A stretch of 64,000 nucleotides of DNA from an uncultured Gammaproteobacteria bacterium. Lineage in GTDB: Bacteria; Patescibacteriota; Patescibacteriia; UBA1558; 2-01-FULL-52-15. The position numbers and the translations under genes are program-made. Positions 1 through 10,416 of the stretch are shown here, one piece after another. The first letter of the stretch is position 1; the number at the start of each line of letters is the position of its first letter. The stretch lies in the NCBI GenBank assembly GCA_964402565.1, contig CAYOCJ010000002.1, forward strand, positions 79,392 through 143,391, in the 5' to 3' direction. The notes beneath the pieces were generated by a model. That model was given only the letters and a program-made list of their open reading frames with translations. It was not told where the DNA came from and ran no database searches.

Positions 1-163
1 CTTTATCTATGGCGAGGCGAAGCTTGAAATTCATTTTCGCATCAGCACCTTCACGTGCAGCGACCGAAATATTTTTGGATAATTTAGTGAAGAGCGAACT
101 GCGTTTCGAATCGACTACCGCCTTTTGTCGTCGAGTGGTCGCCCATTTGGAATGTCCTGACAT
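1..163 (-). CDS. yebC: YebC/PmpR family protein (5' part, runs off the window)
   Basis: Manual translation [49 protein letters not shown] is the classic YebC N-terminus; absent from the ORF track. Confidence 0.93.
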   Translation of the reverse strand, partial: MSGHSKWATTRRQKAVVDSKRSSLFTKLSKNISVAAREGADAKMNFKLRLAIDK

Positions 164-282
164 AGAATCTAGTACCAATGTAGTTGTTCGTATGGAAACG
201 CCCTTACTGTACTATGTGAAGAACGAAAAATCAAGGTGAAATGTTATTGCGGGCTCCAGTGATTTATGTATATACTTCAGCT

Positions 283-1530
283 ATGTCCATATTCGAACAA
301 GCGCCACGCGAGGCTTCTGAGATGGCCGACAGTGTACATAGGAGCGCAGAGTATTTCGAGGGTGATCCACCATTTGAAATGGCCTTGGGGGCTAAGGCCT
401 TGGCTCTTGAATTTCGCTATCAGAATTCAGATGGCGAATCAGAGGCAGCGACCCATCCAGTCGCCCTTTCATTTGAGCACGATGGTAGGATCCTCGATGT
501 TACACAAGCAAAACAATTACGCAGTGAGGATAAGGTATTGATACAGCCCCCAGGTAGTGATAAGCCAACATGGATCCCATTCGAGGGTTACTTAGATATG
601 TTTGGCTCAAATTATCATGAGTATCTGCGAGTGCTGAAAGAAAAGGAAAGAGTAGGCAAGCAGGATGCTCATTCTGATGTAACTAGACGTCAGCAGGCGT
701 TATTGTTCGATGTGCATCGGGCAGCCATCAATAGAAGGACTGAGGATGTCCGTATGCTCAGAGCACGGTACGAACGAACCCGACTTTCAGCAGAGGATTT
801 CCAGCAAGAGACCCGGGCGCATAGTGAGACTTTCCGTAAGCTGTTCGATGATCTGAATATCCCAGGACTAGGTTCTGCTGAAGCTCGTCGACGCAATGAC
901 TATCAGGACACTATCGATGATTTTATTTTGCTTGACCCTGAAGCACTCTCGACAGGCGCGGAGGACGATACTGATACTGGAAAACCCGATTATGACCGAT
1001 ATTTGCATATTGGCGTACAACGAACATTCGGTTCTCAGGGTACGAGTCATGATGCTTTTGAGAGTGACCAAGTCAAACAGAAAAAGATCCAGGATAAGCC
1101 CCTCTATTGGATACCAGAACATCTTGAGTGGGGGCCGGTCGCGCGTGTGTATCTTCGTGAGCGCCTCGAGGATTATGGTATAGAGGGTAAGGGAGGACAG
1201 TCGAACTACACTGAGCGGCTCTATACATTACGCGCGAAGCAATCACGGGAGCAGGGAGTTGCCGCGAATACCTTGGAGCTCCCGCCACTCTATCGTGTAC
1301 TTGGCGATTCTCCCGCAGAAGGTAAAGAGCAGCAGCACTTATGGGCACGCCAGGTCCTTACTAGGATCCTTAAGAAATTCGAAGGCTATGCAGCTAGCGC
1401 TTTGTCTGAAGATCAGAAAGAGATCTTCGAGCGCTACTCGACAGCAGTAGCCTTGGCTATACATAGGATTGAAGAGCAACTTGTGCATCTTCGTGAGCAG
1501 CATGAGCTGCGACAACGAAAAGCGAGCTGA
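283..1530 (+). CDS. Hypothetical charged protein
   Basis: Long ORF (241..1530); start moved to ATG 283, which lies 6 nt after TATACT; no recognisable motif. Confidence 0.7.
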   Translation: MSIFEQAPREASEMADSVHRSAEYFEGDPPFEMALGAKALALEFRYQNSDGESEAATHPVALSFEHDGRILDVTQAKQLRSEDKVLIQPPGSDKPTWIPFEGYLDMFGSNYHEYLRVLKEKERVGKQDAHSDVTRRQQALLFDVHRAAINRRTEDVRMLRARYERTRLSAEDFQQETRAHSETFRKLFDDLNIPGLGSAEARRRNDYQDTIDDFILLDPEALSTGAEDDTDTGKPDYDRYLHIGVQRTFGSQGTSHDAFESDQVKQKKIQDKPLYWIPEHLEWGPVARVYLRERLEDYGIEGKGGQSNYTERLYTLRAKQSREQGVAANTLELPPLYRVLGDSPAEGKEQQHLWARQVLTRILKKFEGYAASALSEDQKEIFERYSTAVALAIHRIEEQLVHLREQHELRQRKAS

Positions 1531-1536
1531 CATAGG

Positions 1537-1824
1537 TCAGCTCGCTGGGTGTATTTCGTACAGGCTGCTGCGCGGGATCGAGGCGCGCCTCTCGTGCCCA
1601 TCGACATAGAAGATCTCGAATCTGCCGGGGGCGTTCAGTTCTGCCCGCAAGAATAGGATCCGAGGAGCCTCGGGTTGCTGATGGATGTCTCTCCACTCTC
1701 TGTTGATCGCCTGCGACAGGTCAATCAGTTGTTGTAGCGGGTCTTGCGATGGATTCAGCTGCTTCCCGTGTTTTTGCAGTAGCTCCCGGAGGAGCTCAGC
1801 GATGTTAGAGCTAGTTCTGATCAT
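1537..1824 (-). CDS. Hypothetical protein
   Basis: 95-aa ORF with GGAGG SD and upstream TTGACA-N17-TAAAAG. Confidence 0.6.
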   Translation of the reverse strand: MIRTSSNIAELLRELLQKHGKQLNPSQDPLQQLIDLSQAINREWRDIHQQPEAPRILFLRAELNAPGRFEIFYVDGHERRASIPRSSLYEIHPAS

Positions 1825-1966
1825 CTGAGTCCTCCGCGTCTGGGACGCTTGTACGAGTCGAATTGAAGAACATTGAGAATTATTCTTTTACCACATATAA
1901 CTCCCCTTGTCAAGTTTTTGGTTTACGGGTATATTCATCTTCGCTGGAGCTTGTTATAGTTGCTCT

Positions 1967-2051
1967 GGGCAAGTGGCGGAATTGGTATACGCGCATGGCT
2001 TAGGACCATGTTCCGTAAGGATTGAGAGTTCGAGTCTCTCCTTGCCCACCA
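1967..2051 (+). tRNA. tRNA-Leu(TAG)
   Basis: Cloverleaf, anticodon arm CATGG-CTTAGGA-CCATG, long variable arm, GTTCGAG, CCA. Confidence 0.96.
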
Positions 2052-2106
2052 TCTGATCGTTTAAGCATGTGCCGCCATCGTCAGAGACGACGAAATCTAT
2101 GTAAAA

Positions 2107-2928
2107 ATGACTACGTACAACGTCCAAGAAAAGATCATTGAGCATTATGATTTGGTGAGCCCCTTTTATTATTCACTATGGGGCGAACATTTACATCACG
2201 GCTATTGGGCGAGCGGCAAAGAAACAAAAGAAGAAGCACAACTCGCATTAACTGAACATCTTGCCAAAACTGCCGGTATCAAAACCGGAAGCAAAATCCT
2301 TGATGTGGGCTGTGGCTTTGGTGCAAGCAGCATCTATCTCGCGCAAAAATATAGTGCCCAAACGACTGGCATCACCATATCTTCAGTTCAGGTGCACATG
2401 GCAGAGAAAGCTGCTCGGGAGGCTGGAGTATCCTCAATATTTTTGCTTATGGATGCAGAAGCAATGAATATCGATGAATTATTTGATGTTATCTGGTCTA
2501 TCGAATCGATCTCGCACTATAACAATAAGCAGAATTTTTTTAAAAAAGCCGTGCGACTCTTGAAACCAAATGGAACCATTGCTCTTATCGATTGGTTTAA
2601 AAAAGAAAATCTTTCCGAAGGCACACGTAAAAAATATATTTTGCCGATTGAGAAGGGTATGTTGGTGGAACTACATACCGTGGAGGATTATAGTTTACTA
2701 TTGAAGAATAACGGAATGGAAGTAGTTACAGTAGAAAATATTAGTAAGAATACTGCCAAAACGTGGGATATATCTTTGGAAATAATTAAGAATAAAATGT
2801 TCTGGCAATTAGCGTTAAAAAATGGAAAAGAGTTCGTGCATTTTCTAAAGGCATTTAGAGCCATGAAAAATGGTTTTTCTTCCGGAAATTTTGTGTATGG
2901 TTTGATAGTAGCGAAAAAAACTAGTTGA
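2107..2928 (+). CDS. SAM-dependent methyltransferase (gamma-tocopherol/sterol MT-like)
   Basis: HY..W GEHLHHGYW, ILDVGCGFG motif I, FDVIWSIES; visibly AT-rich. Confidence 0.85.
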   Translation: MTTYNVQEKIIEHYDLVSPFYYSLWGEHLHHGYWASGKETKEEAQLALTEHLAKTAGIKTGSKILDVGCGFGASSIYLAQKYSAQTTGITISSVQVHMAEKAAREAGVSSIFLLMDAEAMNIDELFDVIWSIESISHYNNKQNFFKKAVRLLKPNGTIALIDWFKKENLSEGTRKKYILPIEKGMLVELHTVEDYSLLLKNNGMEVVTVENISKNTAKTWDISLEIIKNKMFWQLALKNGKEFVHFLKAFRAMKNGFSSGNFVYGLIVAKKTS

Positions 2929-3103
2929 TTGAGGGCGGCAACATTTTGAGTAATAGGTTCCTAGAAAAGATTGAAGGGTAAAGATAGGTTCCTTTTGATT
3001 ACGAACGCCTTGTGAATGTAGTCTGTTCTTGGTATATTTTATCCAGCCTACTGCAATCGCGCCGAGTCGTCGCATTGAACAGGTGGGCAGGAGGAGCTCT
3101 TTC

Positions 3104-3175
3104 GTGAGACTACACGATCCCACAATCGTGCTGATCGGTCTGAACCTGATCGATCCAATTCGGCCGGGCGGCTGA
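3104..3175 (+). CDS. Candidate 23-aa small ORF (MRLHDPTIVLIGLNLIDPIRPGG)
   Basis: AGGAGGAG SD before GTG, hairpin terminator downstream. Confidence 0.35.
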   Translation: MRLHDPTIVLIGLNLIDPIRPGG

Positions 3176-3215
3176 GAAAGCTACCCGTTTTCAAGACAAC
3201 TCAGGCCGTTCGTGG

Positions 3216-3260
3216 ACCCACGAGAGAGAAAACATCCTCTCCCGTGGGTTCTGTCTTTTT
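3216..3260 (+). terminator. Intrinsic terminator
   Basis: ACCCACGAGAGAG..CTCTCCCGTGGGT stem followed by T-tract. Confidence 0.6.
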
Positions 3261-3330
3261 ATGGAAGGATGAAGCAGGATGATTGTTGACGTATACATAA
3301 AAAAACAGTACCGTATCTTTGTTTGTAAAA

Positions 3331-3407
3331 GGGCGGTTAGCTCAGTTGGTTAGAGCGTTACATTGACATTGTAAAGGTCACAAGTTCGAATCTTGTACCG
3401 CCCACCA
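3331..3407 (+). tRNA. tRNA-Val(GAC)
   Basis: Cloverleaf, TTACA-TTGACAT-TGTAA, CCA. Confidence 0.96.
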
Positions 3408-3416
3408 GTCATTTCT

Positions 3417-3716
3417 ATGGATATTGAATTAAAAAAAGGACATCAGATCGCGCCTGTTATTCTGCGCAGAGCAGGGTATGCTCCTTATATCAATAAAGAA
3501 GGCGTGCAGAGTTTTTCGCGCAGACTACATGGTACCGATTTTCCTCGTTTTCATTTGTATATTAACGAAGAAGACGAGCATACGATAACGTGTTCCCTGC
3601 ATTTGGACCAGAAAGCGCCGAGCTATATGGGCGCACGCGCCCATGGTGGAGATTATGATTCGGAGACGGTGCAGCAAGAGGCGGAACGCATTAAAGCAAG
3701 CGTTGAGCGCGCGTAG
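3417..3716 (+). CDS. Hypothetical protein (FPRFHLY..LHLDQK motif)
   Basis: ORF starts just after the tRNA; motif resembles a conserved CPR hypothetical family (from memory). Confidence 0.7.
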   Translation: MDIELKKGHQIAPVILRRAGYAPYINKEGVQSFSRRLHGTDFPRFHLYINEEDEHTITCSLHLDQKAPSYMGARAHGGDYDSETVQQEAERIKASVERA

Positions 3717-3727
3717 CGCAGGTATTT

Positions 3728-5740
3728 TTAAATCGTGAGATCTGAGTCCTGAAGCTGCACGACCTGTGCAGTTTTTTCATCGAGATGCACGGGTATGATT
3801 GAGGTTGAGACATTCTCATCAGCATCGAGCCCGAAGTAGCGATAGGTCGGTGTCGAAAATTCCGTCAGCACCTTGAAGAAACGTGCGCGAGCATAACGCC
3901 AGAAGCGGATCGAGCGATCGATAATGAGCTCTGCTTCAGCAACCTGAATCGTACAGCGAGATACATCGTAGGGCAATAATTTTTTCTCATACAATTCCTT
4001 CAGAAGTCCACGCACATGTGGATCTTCCATGAAGCCGACCCGTGCATTCACGGCATAGAGATTTGAGCCGAAATCAACAACTGCATAGCCAGAGCCTTCG
4101 AGGTAGGCTTCTTTTTCAATTGCCACGTGAAGCAGAACGATGCATTTCGGTATCCCTCCTTTACGTTTAATGTAGAATCGAGCTGCAATGGACAGAGAAT
4201 CGTCGGCTGTTTTCGTCGGCTGCGAAACGAGGAATACTACGGCGCGGCTCACTTCAACCATTCTTCCTATATCATCGCGGATAACCCCGTTATTCGCAAC
4301 GAGTTTTTTCTTAATCTCGGCAAGCCAACCAATCGTTCGTGTTTTGGTGAAATCAGAGAAGGCATGGGCGAGCATCTCTCGTCCCCAGCTCCAGGTCATC
4401 ATGACTAAGAACAAGAAAAAGCCGGTGCTAAACGGCACATAGCCGCCCTCGAAGAATTTAATACTATTCGCAGCCAAGAACGCAGCATCAATCGTTGCAA
4501 ACGAAGCGAAAATTAACATCGATTTCAGTGGACTCCAATTCCAGCGATGTCTGCTAATTGCGATCATGGCGATCGAGGTAGTGATCATGACGCCAGCTTC
4601 CGCAAGTCCATAGGCTGAGGCAAGGTTTGTTGCCGAACGGAAGGTCAGTACGAGTATGATGCAGCCGATATAAATCGCCCAGTTAACGACCGGCACATAG
4701 ATTTGCCCTTCATGATGATGGCTGGTATGTATGATCTTGAATCGCAACGATACGCCTTGTGCGATAGCTTGTGCTATGAGCGAGAATGCCCCAGAGATTA
4801 AGGCTTGGGACGCGATAATGGTAGCTGCTGTTGCAAGGATGACCATGGGCCAGAGCAGCATATGGGGTACCATGCTATAGAATACATTATTCTCGGTGAT
4901 GTGATGGCCTGAGAGCAGGAAGGCGCCCTGTCCAAAGTAATTCAAAATGAGCGCGGGGTAGACATAGCTTAACCAGCTGAGACGAATCGGTTTCACGCCG
5001 AAATGTCCAAGGTCAGCGTAGAGCGCTTCACCGCCGGTTACCGCAAGTATGACAGCACCGAGCAGGAACATGATGTGTCGTAGGTCGATCGACGCGATAA
5101 AGTGCAAACCATAGATTGGGTTCAATGCAGCTAAGACTGAGGGGTGGCCAATGATCTGGCTCAGCCCTAAGATACCAATGACTGCGAACCATACGGTCAT
5201 AATGATCCCGAAGATCCGGCCGATACTTCCGGTACCTTTTCGTTGAATGAGGAACAGCCCAGTTAGAATAATAATAGTGATCGGCAGCACATAGTTGCCG
5301 AGGCCGGTGGTTGCGACTTTCAATCCTTCGACAGCAGACAGCACAGAGATAGCCGGCGTGATCATGCCGTCACCCAGGAGAAAACCGGCAGCTAGAATGA
5401 GTATGGAAGTTATCACTGCGATGCCGCGGGCTGACATTCCTTTGAGAAGTCCAAATAACGCAAACACACCACCGCCCCCATCATATTCCGCGCGGAGCAC
5501 GAAGGTTACATATTTACAGGTGACGACCAAGGTCAGCGCCCAGAATACGAGACTAATTGCTCCCAAGATGTCCATACGGTTCAGGGCTACCTGTCCATGA
5601 CCAAAGAAAATCTCGTTGATGGTATAGAGTGGACTGGTGCCAATATCGCCATAGACGACCCCGAGTGCCGCTACACTTAAGAGCAGCAGTGATCGATTGG
5701 TTGTAGATTTCTTTTGTTCCATGGTGGTTTCAATATCCAA
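3728..5740 (-). CDS. kup: KUP/HAK/KT potassium transporter
   Basis: LGVVYGDIGTSPLY, GDGMITPAISVLSAVEGL, TGGEALYADLGHFG. Confidence 0.97.
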   Translation of the reverse strand: MDIETTMEQKKSTTNRSLLLLSVAALGVVYGDIGTSPLYTINEIFFGHGQVALNRMDILGAISLVFWALTLVVTCKYVTFVLRAEYDGGGGVFALFGLLKGMSARGIAVITSILILAAGFLLGDGMITPAISVLSAVEGLKVATTGLGNYVLPITIIILTGLFLIQRKGTGSIGRIFGIIMTVWFAVIGILGLSQIIGHPSVLAALNPIYGLHFIASIDLRHIMFLLGAVILAVTGGEALYADLGHFGVKPIRLSWLSYVYPALILNYFGQGAFLLSGHHITENNVFYSMVPHMLLWPMVILATAATIIASQALISGAFSLIAQAIAQGVSLRFKIIHTSHHHEGQIYVPVVNWAIYIGCIILVLTFRSATNLASAYGLAEAGVMITTSIAMIAISRHRWNWSPLKSMLIFASFATIDAAFLAANSIKFFEGGYVPFSTGFFLFLVMMTWSWGREMLAHAFSDFTKTRTIGWLAEIKKKLVANNGVIRDDIGRMVEVSRAVVFLVSQPTKTADDSLSIAARFYIKRKGGIPKCIVLLHVAIEKEAYLEGSGYAVVDFGSNLYAVNARVGFMEDPHVRGLLKELYEKKLLPYDVSRCTIQVAEAELIIDRSIRFWRYARARFFKVLTEFSTPTYRYFGLDADENVSTSIIPVHLDEKTAQVVQLQDSDLTI

Positions 5741-5762
5741 TTAAATTTCAAAGGAATACTTT

Positions 5763-7781
5763 TTAGATCGTAAGATCAGAATCAATGAGCTGCACCACAT
5801 GTGCTCCGTCTTTTTCGAGCCGGATCGGTATAATAGACGTTGATACATTGGCGTCTGCATCGAGCCCGAAGTAGCGATAGGTCGGCGTGGCGATGTCAGC
5901 AAGCAGCTTGAAACAGCGCGCACGAATGTAGCGCCACAGTCCAAGATGCGTGCCAATGATAAGTCCAGCCTCAGCAACCTGGATAGTGCACTGAGAGATA
6001 TCGTAGGGGAGGAGATTTTTTTCGTGTAACTCTTTCAGGAGTTGCCGCACATTCGGGTCTTCCATGAAACCGAAACGCGCATTAACGGCATATAAGTTTG
6101 TTCCAAAATTAATAACCTCATACCCGGTCCCTTCAAGGTATGCGTCTTTTTGTATGGCGATGTGCAGCAGTATGACGCATTTAGGGATGCCGCCTTTTCG
6201 TTTAATATAGAATCGGGCGGCGATGGATACGGGGTCCTCCACGACTGTCGTTGGTCGAGCAACCAGGAATACCACAGCTCTGCTTACCTCGACCATGCGG
6301 CCCATGCTGTCCGTCAAAACACCATCATTCTGCTCAAGCTTCTGTTTAATGGAGGCAAGCCAGGATATGTCCCTGGTTTTTGTAAATTCGCGAAATGCTC
6401 TGCTGACGAGCTCTCGGCCCCACTTCCATACCATCATAAAGGTAAAGAGAACAATACCAACGGTGAAGGGCACATAGCCGCCCTGCAGAAACTTCAAACT
6501 ATTTGAAATGAGGAAGGCTGCGTCTATGATAATAAATGACCCGAATATCAGGATAGACTTGAACCAGCTCCATCGCCATTTGTGAATACTGATCGCGAGC
6601 ATTGCGATAGAGGTCGTGAGCATGACCCCGGTTACCGCGAGACCATATGCTGTCGCAAGATTGGAGCTAGAACGGAATGAGATGACGAGCGCAATGCAGC
6701 CGACATAGAGGAACCAATTCATAACCGGTACATAGATTTGGCCGACATGATGATGACTCGTGTGAACGATTTTGAAATTCGGTGAGACACCCTGAGCGAT
6801 GGCCTGCGCGGTCAGTGAAAAAGCTCCAGAGATCAAGGCTTGACTCGCTATAATAGTTGCTATCGTCGCCAGCACGACCATCGGTATGAGAAGCATGTGT
6901 GGCACCATTGAATAAAAAATATTATTTTGTAGCACAGTATTTCCTGACAACAAGTACGCGCCTTGACCCAAATAGTTTAAGACAAGCGCTGGATATACAT
7001 AGGCAAGCCAGCTCATGCGTATGGGTATCATGCCGAAGTGCCCGAGATCAGCGTAGAGCGCTTCACCGCCGGTTACTGCGAGCACAACAGCTCCCAATGT
7101 GAGCATGGTTTTGAATATGCCGATTGATGCAATGAAGTGAAGCCCATACAGAGGGTTCAGTGCGTTAAGAATAGCTGGGTCGTGGGTGATCGCTACCAGT
7201 CCCATGAGTGCAAGTGCCGCGAACCAAACGCTCATAACTGCGCCAAAGACACGCCCAATCGAGAGAGTCCCCTTGTATTGGATCGCGAATAAGCAGGTTA
7301 AGATGATGACAGTAATGATAACGACATACTGTTGGAAATCCGGTGTAATGACACTCAGGCCCTCTACGGCTGACAGCACGGATATTGCGGGCGTGATCAT
7401 CCCGTCGCCAAACAGCAGTCCAGCGCCCAAGACTAATACGGTCGTGATGATAGCTATGCCCTTTGCTGACATGCCGCGCAAAAGTCCGAAGAGAGCAAAC
7501 ACACCGCCTTCGCCATCATACTCAGCACGTAATACGAAAAAGACGTATTTAATCGTAACCAGTAGGGTGAGTGACCAGAAAATGAGACTAATTGCACCAA
7601 AGATACTAGTCGTTGTTACGCTGTTGTTTCCATGTCCAAAAAAAATTTCATTCACCGTATAGAGTGGACTGGTACCAATGTCGCCATAGACAACGCCGAG
7701 CGCTGCGATACTAAGAAAGAGAAGAGATTTATTTTTTTCGTTTGAAAGGTGTTGAGAACCCTTTTGACTCATAATGCGCAA
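5763..7781 (-). CDS. kup: KUP/HAK/KT potassium transporter (tandem paralog)
   Basis: Same signature motifs; colinear with its neighbour to the C-terminal DSDLTI. Confidence 0.97.
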   Translation of the reverse strand: MRIMSQKGSQHLSNEKNKSLLFLSIAALGVVYGDIGTSPLYTVNEIFFGHGNNSVTTTSIFGAISLIFWSLTLLVTIKYVFFVLRAEYDGEGGVFALFGLLRGMSAKGIAIITTVLVLGAGLLFGDGMITPAISVLSAVEGLSVITPDFQQYVVIITVIILTCLFAIQYKGTLSIGRVFGAVMSVWFAALALMGLVAITHDPAILNALNPLYGLHFIASIGIFKTMLTLGAVVLAVTGGEALYADLGHFGMIPIRMSWLAYVYPALVLNYLGQGAYLLSGNTVLQNNIFYSMVPHMLLIPMVVLATIATIIASQALISGAFSLTAQAIAQGVSPNFKIVHTSHHHVGQIYVPVMNWFLYVGCIALVISFRSSSNLATAYGLAVTGVMLTTSIAMLAISIHKWRWSWFKSILIFGSFIIIDAAFLISNSLKFLQGGYVPFTVGIVLFTFMMVWKWGRELVSRAFREFTKTRDISWLASIKQKLEQNDGVLTDSMGRMVEVSRAVVFLVARPTTVVEDPVSIAARFYIKRKGGIPKCVILLHIAIQKDAYLEGTGYEVINFGTNLYAVNARFGFMEDPNVRQLLKELHEKNLLPYDISQCTIQVAEAGLIIGTHLGLWRYIRARCFKLLADIATPTYRYFGLDADANVSTSIIPIRLEKDGAHVVQLIDSDLTI

Positions 7782-8041
7782 TTACTTTGTGTGAAAAAGT
7801 CAAGACAGAAGTAGAGAGTATATCTCACAGCCCTTATTTTGGCAACACTGCACGAAGCGTAGAGGTGGATTTACAGGCCGAGACTTAGCCAAAATCACTC
7901 TAGACAAAACTAGTATCGCGGAGTAGACTCTTTTCTTGTTGCTCTTTGTCATGTAGTTATGTTGTGTCAACACATCAATCGAAAGATTGTGTAGATATAC
8001 TGAGAAAACCATTGCAATTCACTCTTTCTGGGAGGGGCTGG

Positions 8042-10048
8042 ATGTTAACGTCTGTTAAACGCAGGGTTTTTGGGCCGCCTATCCGCAAATGCGATATGGG
8101 TCACGAGAAGTGGCCAAAGAAGATCGCGCTCGCGGTACTGGCATCTGATGCGTTATCTTCGATCGCATACGCGCCGGGCGAACTCATGTATCAGTTCGTC
8201 TTTGTCGGAGCGATCGCGGGTCTCGCCTACTCTGTCCCGCTGGCGATCGCCATCGCGATCGTCGTCGGCGCTGTCATCAGCCTGTATCGTGAGGTGATCA
8301 AACACTACCCCGGGGGAGGCGGCGGCTACACGGTCGTGAAGTCGAATCTGGGTCCATTCCCGAGCCTCGTCACTGCGTCGTCACTTCTCATGGACTACGT
8401 GCTGACTGTCTCAGTGAGCGTTGCATCCGGAGTTGCACAGCTCGAGGAGGTAGCCCCGATGCTCAAAGGACACCGCGTAGGGATCTCATGCTTGGTGATC
8501 GTTTTTATCGCCTACATGAATCTTCGCGGGTACCGAGAGAGCGGCAGGTTTTTCGCAGTCTGGACATACGGGTTCATCGGAATCTTCTCGGTGCTCTTGA
8601 TTTCGGGTCTGGCGGCGAGCCTGACGGGTACGCTTCCACACGTGAGCGTAGCGCCGAGCGGATCACACATCGTCGGAGCAGTAACTCTGTTTCTCATGCT
8701 CCGCGCCTTCGCTTCAGGAGCGACCGCCTTGACCGGTATCGAGGCAATCTCGAACGGCGTCCCGATCTTCAGAGAGCCGCAACAGAATAATGCGCGAGCA
8801 ACTCTGCTCACGCTTGGTACCATCATAGTCGTATTCCTGATCGGGTCGACGGTGCTGGTGCGTGCGGTCGGGCTCATTCCTGAAAATCCGGAAACTCTCA
8901 TCCCCCAAGTCGGTGGGGTCGTCTTTCCGGCACTTGCAGTGATGCTGCCTTTTCCGTTCATGCCCTGGGTGGCAAATGTTCTGCTGGTGCTGCTGACGAG
9001 TGCGCTTGCCGTGATCCTTCTGATCGCCGCCAATACCGCGTTCACGGATCTCCCGATGGTCTGCGCGAACCTTGCTCGAGACGGTTATTTGCCTCGACAG
9101 TTCCGCAATCGTGGAGACCGGCAAGTGTTCTCGACTGGAATCCTGACGCTGACAGTCCTGTCGATACTCCCGATCTACTTCTTTGCCGGCAACGTGTCGG
9201 CGCTCATCCCGCTCTACGGCATCGGCGTGTTTCTCAACTTCACGCTCGTCGCTGTATCCATGATCAAACACTCGCTTAACCGTACGCCTCGGAATTGGTA
9301 CGGCTTCGGGGTTTCGATTGTCGCGGGGGTCATGAGTGCGATCGTGCTTGCCGTGTTCGTGGTGACGAAATTTGGTCAGGGCGGGTACATCATCCTGCTC
9401 ATCCTGCCGATGGTCATCGTGATCATGCGCAAGATCAAGCGGAACTATGACTTTTACGCGAAAACGCTGGCGCTGCAGCCGGAGCATCGATTCACAGCTC
9501 GTCCAGCGTCAAACACGATCGTCATCGCCATTGGTGGCGTCAATAAGACGGCTCTCAAGGCCTACAATCGTGCGAGCGACATCAAGGGGCGCAAGATTGT
9601 GCTGCACGTTGCGTATGACGAGGAGGACGAACGCAGGTTCCATGAGGAGTGGCGTAGTCTTCGGACAGGCGTCGAACCGGTGGTTCTCAGATCGGAGTAC
9701 AATTCTGCTACGAGTCCGATTTTGGATTTCGTGCGGAACCTTCAGACAGAAGAAGATGCGAAGGAGGCGAAGGATCCGTCCTATGTCCATCACCTCTACA
9801 TCGTCATTGCCGAGATGGTTCCGCGGGCATTTTTCGCGCATCTGCTCTACAACCAGACAGCCTTCTTCCTCTACAACCAGCTTCGCGCTATGCCTGAGGT
9901 GACGCCGTTACTGGTTCGATATGTGCCTGAGAAGATACCGCTCGGGGAGCGTATCTGGGGCACACGTCCAGTCGCCCAGCAGTCAGAGCTGCCTGCTCTC
10001 GCTGACGATGAGAGCATCGATGTTCAACCGGCGAGTGAGGCTGTGTAG
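8042..10048 (+). CDS. APC-superfamily permease, KimA/YdaO-like K+ transporter
   Basis: ASDALSSIAY, YPGGGGGYTV, DYVLTVSVS, LTGIEAISNG, cytoplasmic C-terminal domain; SD GGAGG before ATG 8042. Confidence 0.88.
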   Translation: MLTSVKRRVFGPPIRKCDMGHEKWPKKIALAVLASDALSSIAYAPGELMYQFVFVGAIAGLAYSVPLAIAIAIVVGAVISLYREVIKHYPGGGGGYTVVKSNLGPFPSLVTASSLLMDYVLTVSVSVASGVAQLEEVAPMLKGHRVGISCLVIVFIAYMNLRGYRESGRFFAVWTYGFIGIFSVLLISGLAASLTGTLPHVSVAPSGSHIVGAVTLFLMLRAFASGATALTGIEAISNGVPIFREPQQNNARATLLTLGTIIVVFLIGSTVLVRAVGLIPENPETLIPQVGGVVFPALAVMLPFPFMPWVANVLLVLLTSALAVILLIAANTAFTDLPMVCANLARDGYLPRQFRNRGDRQVFSTGILTLTVLSILPIYFFAGNVSALIPLYGIGVFLNFTLVAVSMIKHSLNRTPRNWYGFGVSIVAGVMSAIVLAVFVVTKFGQGGYIILLILPMVIVIMRKIKRNYDFYAKTLALQPEHRFTARPASNTIVIAIGGVNKTALKAYNRASDIKGRKIVLHVAYDEEDERRFHEEWRSLRTGVEPVVLRSEYNSATSPILDFVRNLQTEEDAKEAKDPSYVHHLYIVIAEMVPRAFFAHLLYNQTAFFLYNQLRAMPEVTPLLVRYVPEKIPLGERIWGTRPVAQQSELPALADDESIDVQPASEAV

Positions 10049-10096
10049 CGGTCGAAGAGATGTATCGACACAACGATTCAGGCTGGCTACCTGTAT

Positions 10097-10140
10097 GGGG
10101 CGGTTACTTTCCAAGGGTAGGCAAGTAGCCGCCCCTTTCC
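10097..10140 (+). terminator. Intrinsic terminator
   Basis: GGGGCGGTTACTT..AAGTAGCCGCCCC stem. Confidence 0.6.
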
Positions 10141-10182
10141 ATTTGACAAGAATTTTGTTTGATAGAATGATAGTAAGCGCTC

Positions 10183-10258
10183 GGGCCGTTAGCGCAGTTG
10201 GTAGCGCGCTTCCATGGCATGGAAGAGGTCACCGGTTCGAATCCGGTACGGTCCACCA
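10183..10258 (+). tRNA. tRNA-Ala(GGC)
   Basis: Cloverleaf, GGC anticodon, G3:U70, CCA. Confidence 0.96.
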
Positions 10259-10261
10259 CTC

Positions 10262-10348
10262 GGGCATGTGGCGGAATTGGTATACGCGTACGCTTCAGGA
10301 GCGTATGGACGTAAGTCCATGAGAGTTCAAGTCTCTCCATGCCCACCA
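10262..10348 (+). tRNA. tRNA-Leu(CAG)
   Basis: TACGC-TTCAGGA-GCGTA, long variable arm, CCA. Confidence 0.96.
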
Positions 10349-10416
10349 ATAATTATTTTTTATGTTTCCGCTCGTCATCGCGAACGGATCAGCTCACGCG
10401 AATTGCGATGAGCTGA

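Noticed and set aside
7782-8041. c-di-AMP (ydaO) riboswitch before the KimA-like gene
   Set aside because: No recognisable consensus; the region is AT-rich and weakly structured.
8488-9902. Long antisense or alternate-frame ORFs over GC-rich genes (e.g. 8714, also 17903, 34224)
   Set aside because: These are shadow ORFs produced by the codon bias of the real gene; they have no motifs or initiation signals.
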